A stretch of 40,363 bases of DNA from Mesotaenium endlicherianum (Eukaryota). The stretch lies in assembly GCA_009602735.1 (NCBI GenBank), contig WELA01003606.1, forward strand, positions 613,076-653,438. The letters are read 5' to 3'. Shown in pieces: positions 33,942 through 40,363 of this stretch. Positions within the stretch are counted from its first letter, which is position 1, and every line of letters starts with the position of its first letter. The position numbers were made by a program, and so were the translations under genes. The notes under the pieces were generated by a model. That model had not been told where the DNA came from, did no database searches, and worked only from the letters and a program-made list of their open reading frames with translations.

Positions 33942-34660
33942 TGAAATGAATCGACTTACCAAATAGGCGATTAACAATTAATAAATATCTTTATATCAGC
34001 AAGTAATCTTATGGTATTTCCGTTAACTAGTTAAACGGCAAAGGACAATACACTAGCAGATAATAATACTCGTAAGTCAAATGCGAGTAAACTAGCATCA
34101 ATGATGCAAATCAGTAAACTCATACATAAGCAAGGTTAGAAGACAGTGCGTATCAATGGCTTCTCGCCTTGGATTCAGAGTTCTCTCAGTAAGCTGTACA
34201 AGAGAGTTGGCCTCGTTTCCGAATGCCGAACTCGAGAGCAATGCCTAGCATATGTACATGGAATGAGTTTACTGTTCAACGGTCAGTGCGATGGCACCGC
34301 CTACCCGGGAGTTAACCACGTTGGTAGGACCTCGGTTAACCAAATCCACCGCCATCTCCCATCATCCCGAATAGCCATCCATCATAGGGATGTCATCTGG
34401 CTATTCATCTAGCATATCGCACTTAGATGCATATCAAGGCAGTTCGCTGCTACCGAGTACGGAAGTCAGCTTGCTGTCAAAGAATGTGTCAGCAAGCTGA
34501 CTTATATGGACTTTCAGCCTGCTGCTTTCCACTGAGTCAGTAAACTGATAATTATGTAAAGTCCAGCAAACAGACTATTAACTAAAGTTCAACAGGCTGA
34601 ACTTAACTAACTATTATATTTAAATGAATATTATATCCACTAATATACTGATTCATTACA
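33942..34660 (-). repeat. Element F 3' LTR (719 bp)
   Basis: 11-bp terminal inverted repeat with 1 mismatch; adjacent PPT; homologous to E's partial LTR. Confidence 0.9.
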
Positions 34661-34774
34661 ATCCCTCCAACTTAACCTGTTATCGCCTCGACAACATTAA
34701 ACTGCAGAAATTTTTAAATAAGGGAGCTGAACCTGACCAGCCTCCCTTACTGACTGCCTCTTCAGCGTGTCACC

Positions 34775-36451
34775 TTAAGGGGTTGTTCCTGGGGCTTCAG
34801 GGTCAGGAGACGGAGAGCTGGACCTAGATCTGGACAGCCCTCTAGGTCTGTCAGCTGGCCTTCTAAAGAACCCTGTTTGCTCTAAAGTTGGCCCTCGGGG
34901 AGAACGGAGGATGGTGGCCTGCTCTTCAACTATTTGGGTGTTGATTCCCACATAGACAGGCATTCCAGTAGGATGCTGAAATACATTGGCTAGAGGTACA
35001 TGCCCCTGAGCGGAGGGGGAGGCTGGCATACCTCTGGCCCACCCGCGTGTCCCTCTTCTGGCACCCCTGTCCTCTGGGGATTTCTGTCTGTGTCTGCTGC
35101 CCAGTACCGTCAGATCAGCTTCTTCCCCTGCTTGGGCAGGTGGGCTGGGGGAGCGAGCGCGGGGTCCAGTTGTCGCCATAACGGGGATCACATTCCACAC
35201 ACCTGATCGTGGTTCTTTAGGAAGTGCCACTGCCTGTCCCTGGGTATCCTGAGTACCTGCTGCTGATGCTTCTCCTCTGCCTTGTTCTTCTTCCTCATCC
35301 TCCTCATCCTCCTCCTCGGAGAGAGTAGGGGTCTCGTCCACTAAGTCGTCCTGCTCCCTAGTAGACATGGAGTAGTCTACCGACCTCCCTTTCTTAGGGC
35401 GCGCTGGAGGTTGCTTGGCCTTCAGCCTACTGATATCTATCCGGCCTGCATTCTTTGCCCATTTGACAAAGGCATGCTTTCCCTTAGAGAAGTAGTCTCT
35501 TCCCCTCCTCCTATGTTCCTTGGTCTCTGCATTCATATTGCTCAGGCATCCATTCAGCCTGGGGTCCCAAGGGGCAATGTGAGGTGGTAGGATGAGATAG
35601 CCGTCTAGGCCATAGTGGAAGTCATCCGGTTGGGCTCGGTCACACTCCTGCTTCTTATTTGTGACGGTCATCCACCTCCAGTCTGTTGGCTGCTGGTAGT
35701 ACTGGGGTCCGTGCTCAGCCTTCCTCAGTTTACACGGGAACCAGTGGGGAGAGAACATCTGCTGTCCTGCTTCCCTGGCCAAGTACTCCCAGCTCCTTCT
35801 CTCAACTTCATTGTAAGCTGGCAGGAGTGTGAGGTAGAATACCGTATCCTTAAAGCTATCGGGCCGCATGCTCACCATCCGGATGAGTCTCTGATCTCCC
35901 ACTATTCCCGGTATGGGGACCGGCTTGTCCTCTGAATCATCTGCGAGATACCGGGCCTGCTCTGCTGTATAGCCCACCATCTTAGCATAATCTTCGTAAA
36001 GGACCACGCCGGTGTGTGTCTCGATGTACCTGTCCAGTGCTGTAGCTCCTTCCTTCTGTAGCAGTGTTGTCTGTTCCAGCCTGTTGATCTCCTGGGCTGC
36101 CAGCAATGCTTCCTTCAGGTTATCGAAGTTTTGGCCACCCACCACAGTATACCTGTAAGTGGCCAAGCTCTTCTGTCTGTCCGCTTCAATCTTTTTTCTT
36201 TTCTCCTCTTCTGCCGCTGCCGCTTCTTCTTGCTGTTTCTTCTGTCTCTCCTCCTCAGCCTTCCTGAGGTTTTCCGCTTCCTGATCCTTCTTCCTCTGTG
36301 CCTCTTCTGCCGCCTCTTGTTGTTTGCGGACCCTTTCTTGTTCTCTCCTGGTGAGGGACGTCGCCGCCAGCTCCTTCTGGTATTGCTCCATTGTCCTCCT
36401 GGCTTCTTCTGCCTTGCGCTTTCTGTCCTCCTTTTGTGTGGTGGGCGCCAT
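34775..36451 (-). CDS. Retrotransposon accessory protein of unknown function, 558 aa (coiled-coil N-terminus, globular core, acidic tract, disordered C-terminus)
   Basis: Open 1677-nt frame from ATG 36451, preceded by ctaac...tgcag|g; conserved in copy E. Confidence 0.8.
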   Translation of the reverse strand: MAPTTQKEDRKRKAEEARRTMEQYQKELAATSLTRREQERVRKQQEAAEEAQRKKDQEAENLRKAEEERQKKQQEEAAAAEEEKRKKIEADRQKSLATYRYTVVGGQNFDNLKEALLAAQEINRLEQTTLLQKEGATALDRYIETHTGVVLYEDYAKMVGYTAEQARYLADDSEDKPVPIPGIVGDQRLIRMVSMRPDSFKDTVFYLTLLPAYNEVERRSWEYLAREAGQQMFSPHWFPCKLRKAEHGPQYYQQPTDWRWMTVTNKKQECDRAQPDDFHYGLDGYLILPPHIAPWDPRLNGCLSNMNAETKEHRRRGRDYFSKGKHAFVKWAKNAGRIDISRLKAKQPPARPKKGRSVDYSMSTREQDDLVDETPTLSEEEDEEDEEEEQGRGEASAAGTQDTQGQAVALPKEPRSGVWNVIPVMATTGPRARSPSPPAQAGEEADLTVLGSRHRQKSPEDRGARRGTRGWARGMPASPSAQGHVPLANVFQHPTGMPVYVGINTQIVEEQATILRSPRGPTLEQTGFFRRPADRPRGLSRSRSSSPSPDPEAPGTTP

Positions 36452-36718
36452 CCTGCACATGTAACCAGGGCACAAGTTAGTAGGATATGGACCTTTGTCA
36501 TAGGGATTGCAGGAAGTATGTTAGTATTTAGTATAGTGGCTTCGCTGCTGTTTACCTTACAGGATGATTGCTAAAAGTTGACGTAGTTGCGATGCGCTAC
36601 ACATAAACGTATGAGTGTGTTTTTATCGCTCTCGCTCACTAACTGTCATATATTTTCCCCTCCAACTTAAATGGAGACAGGACCGCCTGTCACCTTCCCG
36701 TGTCAACTGAAATGACAG

Positions 36719-39700
36719 TTATGGAGGGACTCCAGCGGCCCGAAGGTGGAACCGTGTCAACGCCCCTTTGGCATTGGTCAAGTGGTCCTTAAACTCCCAA
36801 GTGTCCCCAGAGGCATCGTAACCCTTCCATCGAATGAGGTATTTCATGACATATTTAGACGATCGACGGACCGAGCGAGCGTCTAAAATCTCATCGACCT
36901 CATATTCCTCAGGGTCGCCGTCCCGGACAGCGGGGACCGGTCCCGGTTGGACAGGGAACCGACCTGTGAACAGTGTATCACCTTTGATGTACGGTTCCAG
37001 GAAGGAGACATTAAAGACCGGGTGCCCCTTGTATTCAGCTGACATGTTCAGTTTGTAAGCATTCTGACCGACACGACGGACCACCGAATATGGACCGACC
37101 CAGACAGGGCCAAGCTTTTTCTTGACCACACCAGGGAGGTACAGGTGCTGAGAATGCAGTTTGACTAAATCCCCCTTGGAAAATGTCAGTTCCCGACGGT
37201 GTTGATTAGCGTATTTTTGTTGGTTTTCTTGGGCCGTGTGCAAGTTTCGTTGGACTTCTGACAGGGTGTCAGCAAACTCCTGAGTTAACTGGAGGGAGAC
37301 CGGGTTGTCAATCCCTTCAGGGTGAGTTAAAGATTCCCCTAGCACATCTAGAGGAGACTTAGGGACTCTACCCAGGCTGAGTTCAAAAGGAGTTTTGCCC
37401 GTTGACGCGTGCACCGCACTGTTGACCGCAAACTGAATTTGAGGCAACAGGTCATCCCAATTATCTTGTTTTTGGTTAATATATGCTCTCAGCACCTCCT
37501 GCAGAACTCGGTTAGTTCTTTCAGTCTGCCCATCAGTCTGAGGGTGGTTTGCTGTGCTGAGCAGCTGTTTGACTCCCATTAACCCCATTAAAGCTCTCCA
37601 GAACTTAGAGGTGAATTTTGAGTCTCTGTCTGAGATGATATTAGAAGGGAGCCCATGTTGGCATACTACATGGTTGTAAAACTGTCTCGCTGTTTCGAGT
37701 GCAGTCACTTTGACAGTTGTGGGGATAAAAATGACCATTTTTGTCAGTTTATCCACGACTACCAGTATTGAATCATGCCCGTTGGCAGTTCTTGGTAGTG
37801 AGACCACCCAGTCCATGGATATAGTTTCCCAGCGTCCCGCTGGGATGGGTAGCGGTTGCAAGAGACCTCCGGGTGGTGTGTGCCGAGACTTATTTCTCTG
37901 ACACTGGTCACAGGACTTGACATATTTCAAGACCTCCCGCGGTAACCCCTCCCAATGATAATGTTTTGCCAGTTTGCCAACAGTTTTGGCCTGCCCCAAA
38001 TGTCCACCCAGGAGACTGTCATGAGCTTGACTCAGTAAGAGAGACCTTATTTCCAAATTATTAGGAATGACCAGCTTCAGCCTCCCTGAAGTGGTTTCAG
38101 TCACCCAGACCCCTCCCTTGAGCTTATACCCGAGTGCGGTAGCACGACACATACCAGTAGTGGGGCTGGGCTCAAATGTTGGGTCAGAAAGGTAGGCTTT
38201 CCTAAGTTGTTGAAAGAAGGACTTTTTCACCTTTAGTGAAGTGAGTGCAAACAGGACTTTATCTACAGTATGCTGACTAAAGTTCCTTTCTTGCAAGTCA
38301 GGTCTTCTAGAGAGTGCATCAGCAGGATTCAACTTCCCTGGTTTGTAGTCGATTTGGACTTGGAACTGCTCCAGCATCTGACTCCAGTGGTTCTCCCTCC
38401 TCGACAGCTTGGACTTTTGAAAGTGGGTCAGAGCTAGATGATCTGTAATCACCTTAAAAGCTTTACCATGTAAGTATGCTCTCCATTGTTTGAGTACATG
38501 AATGATAGCTAGCAGCTCTTTATCATGCACTGAGTAATTAATCTCCGCTGGATTAAATTTCATAGACTCATACAACACAGGATGCCACTCCTGCCGTACC
38601 TTACCCTCCTTTGTGGTTTTGTCAGCAGGTTGCAACAAAATAGCACCCATGGCAAAATCAGAGGCATCAGTAACCACCTGCACCGGTTTGCTGGGGTCAT
38701 ACACGGCTAGCACTGGGGAAGAACAAAGGGCATCTNGGGAAGAACAAAGGGCATCTTTAAGGATCTGGAAGGCAGCCTGGTGCTCTTCCCCCCACACATA
38801 CCCGATGTCTTTCTTAGTAAGGTCAGTCAGTTTACTGGCCTTTGTGGAATAATCCTCAATAAATCTCCTATAGTAGTTAGCCAACCCGAGGAAGGATCTA
38901 ACTTCAGAGACAGACTGTGGTACTGGCCAGTCCCTTATGGTCTGGACTTTCTTAGGATTCACACTGATGCCCTCTTTACTGAAAACGTGGCCTAAGAATT
39001 CAATACTTTCCTTAAAGAAATCACACTTGCTCATTTTAGCATACAAGTGATTTTTCCGCAGAGTGTCCAGCACTTTCTTTAAGTGTTCAGTGTGCTGAGC
39101 TTCATCTTTAGAGAAAATTAAAATATCATCCAGGAAAACTTGCACAAACTTATCCAAATAAGGTCTGAAAATGTCATTCATAGCACCCATAAAGGTAGCA
39201 GGAGCATTAGTCAGTCCAAATGGCATCACGTTGAACTCATAGTGTCCATAACGTGTGCGGAAAGCAGTCTTGTGTTCATCCCCCTCAGCAATTCTGATTT
39301 GATGATAACCACTCTTGAGATCTATCTTACTGAACACCTTAGCGCCAGACAGGGTATCAAGCAAGTCCTCGATTCTGGGTAAAGCATACTTGTTCTTTAC
39401 TGTAATTCTGTTCAGGGCTCTGTAATCCACACACATCCGCATACTGCCATCCTTTTTCTTAACAAATAGGATAGGTGCGCCGTACGGTGATTTACTGGGA
39501 GAAATGTAACCATTTTCCTCCAGCTCTGCAATCTGTGTTTTCAACTCCTCACTCTCCAAATAAGACAAGCCATAAGTGCGTTGCCAGGGTGGCTGGCTAC
39601 CAGGTAATAGATCAATCCTATGATCTACTTCCCTTTTAGGGGGTAGTCCTGGAGGCATGTTAAACACATCAGTGTACTGAGCAACAATTTTTGCAGCAGT

Positions 39701-40042
39701 AGGGTGCTCCGGAGGGCTTACCTTTTTCTCAACCACTTCTTCAGGTTGAGGAGGTACCTCTCTTAGCAGCAGACAGAACATTCTGTCTTCCTTCTGGTTC
39801 CAGCTTTTCACAAACTTCATTGCATTCAGCAACTTGCATCCTTCTGGAAGCCTCTTCTTTTCCTTCATTTGCCATCCACACAGGACAAGAGGAAGAGCAC
39901 TGGTGGGTGCCAAGTCAGTCTGCCCATCACTGGCTCCTCTCACTTTAACTGTACATCTGCCCCAACACACTTCAGCTTGATGTCTATTAAGCCAGGACCT
40001 GCCTAGCACGAGATCATAGAAACCAGTGTTGAGTACCTCAAA
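36719..40042 (-). CDS. Element F Pol (protease end, RT, RNase H, integrase, chromodomain)
   Basis: [37 protein letters not shown] zinc motif, [34 protein letters not shown]. No stops over ~1100 codons; one N-flanked artefact duplication at 38736. Confidence 0.95.
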   Translation of the reverse strand, partial: FEVLNTGFYDLVLGRSWLNRHQAEVCWGRCTVKVRGASDGQTDLAPTSALPLVLCGWQMKEKKRLPEGCKLLNAMKFVKSWNQKEDRMFCLLLREVPPQPEEVVEKKVSPPEHPTAAKIVAQYTDVFNMPPGLPPKREVDHRIDLLPGSQPPWQRTYGLSYLESEELKTQIAELEENGYISPSKSPYGAPILFVKKKDGSMRMCVDYRALNRITVKNKYALPRIEDLLDTLSGAKVFSKIDLKSGYHQIRIAEGDEHKTAFRTRYGHYEFNVMPFGLTNAPATFMGAMNDIFRPYLDKFVQVFLDDILIFSKDEAQHTEHLKKVLDTLRKNHLYAKMSKCDFFKESIEFLGHVFSKEGISVNPKKVQTIRDWPVPQSVSEVRSFLGLANYYRRFIEDYSTKASKLTDLTKKDIGYVWGEEHQAAFQILKDALCSSXDALCSSPVLAVYDPSKPVQVVTDASDFAMGAILLQPADKTTKEGKVRQEWHPVLYESMKFNPAEINYSVHDKELLAIIHVLKQWRAYLHGKAFKVITDHLALTHFQKSKLSRRENHWSQMLEQFQVQIDYKPGKLNPADALSRRPDLQERNFSQHTVDKVLFALTSLKVKKSFFQQLRKAYLSDPTFEPSPTTGMCRATALGYKLKGGVWVTETTSGRLKLVIPNNLEIRSLLLSQAHDSLLGGHLGQAKTVGKLAKHYHWEGLPREVLKYVKSCDQCQRNKSRHTPPGGLLQPLPIPAGRWETISMDWVVSLPRTANGHDSILVVVDKLTKMVIFIPTTVKVTALETARQFYNHVVCQHGLPSNIISDRDSKFTSKFWRALMGLMGVKQLLSTANHPQTDGQTERTNRVLQEVLRAYINQKQDNWDDLLPQIQFAVNSAVHASTGKTPFELSLGRVPKSPLDVLGESLTHPEGIDNPVSLQLTQEFADTLSEVQRNLHTAQENQQKYANQHRRELTFSKGDLVKLHSQHLYLPGVVKKKLGPVWVGPYSVVRRVGQNAYKLNMSAEYKGHPVFNVSFLEPYIKGDTLFTGRFPVQPGPVPAVRDGDPEEYEVDEILDARSVRRSSKYVMKYLIRWKGYDASGDTWEFKDHLTNAKGALTRFHLRAAGVPP

Positions 40043-40180
40043 NNNNNNNNNNNNNNNNNNNNNNNNNNNNNNNNNNNNNNNNNNNNNNNNNNNNNNNNNN
40101 NNNNNNNNNNNNNNNNNNNNNNNNNNNNNNNNNNNNNNNNNNNNNNNNNNNNNNNNNNNNNNNNNNNNNNNNNNNNNNNN

Positions 40181-40363
40181 CAGTCCTGGGGAGGTTTCGG
40201 CTTGGGCTTACTAGGCCCTCGGCCACCACCACGAGTGGTGTGAGACCCCAGTTGGTCTCTGTCCCGGAGTAGGGACATTATGATTCTTTTGTCCTCCTGC
40301 TGGGACTGATACATGGTCGCCATTTGCGACTGCATCTGAACGAACAATGCTCCCAAGTCTACA
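40181..40363 (-). CDS. Probable N-terminal gag fragment of element F
   Basis: Open frame upstream of pol ending in PKPKPPQD, resembling the KP motif that precedes the capsid in A and B gag; cut by the N gap 40043-40180. Confidence 0.55.

Larger units (their letters stand above)
33942..40363 (-). mobile_element. Element F: near-intact Ty3/gypsy chromovirus with an extra 3' ORF; 5' end outside the window
   Basis: 3' LTR 33942-34660 with terminal inverted repeats TGTAATGAATC / GATTCATTTCA, PPT 34661-34677, extra ORF, uninterrupted pol, gag fragment. Confidence 0.93.

Noticed and set aside
34775..36451. env gene
   Set aside because: Env-like position, but no signal peptide or transmembrane segment.
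38716..38756. DALCSS duplication in F pol
   Set aside because: A 20-bp duplication around a single N; same scaffolding artefact.
40043..40180. Apparently very short gag-protease region in F
   Set aside because: It spans an N gap whose true length is unknown.

Overview
Eukaryotic genomic DNA, inferred to be plant-lineage and probably a green or streptophyte alga (GT-AG introns, tRNA-iMet-type PBS, group I chromodomain Ty3/gypsy elements, plant-type hAT). Positions ~460-5181 hold the last four coding exons of a CPA1 cation/H+ antiporter of the fungal Nha1/Sod2 or bacterial NhaP type. Its introns are partly built from decayed tandem copies of its own splice junctions. From ~7.3 kb to the window end lies a six-member transposon nest. 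A PHD-finger Ty3/gypsy (D, minus) has its 3' LTR split by chromovirus A (9078-29216, minus). A's RT is split by chromovirus B (12992-26557, plus, TSD TTGAG). B's integrase is split by an apparently intact hAT transposon C (17691-25247, TSD CTTTTATG) that carries a large array of palindromic repeats. D's RNase H is split by a deleted chromovirus E (31045-33941, plus), and E is split by a near-intact copy F of the same family (33942 to beyond the window, minus). The best candidate for something undescribed is in the E/F family: an extra ~558-aa non-env ORF downstream of pol, with a splice acceptor just before its ATG and a second copy of the polypurine tract upstream of it.
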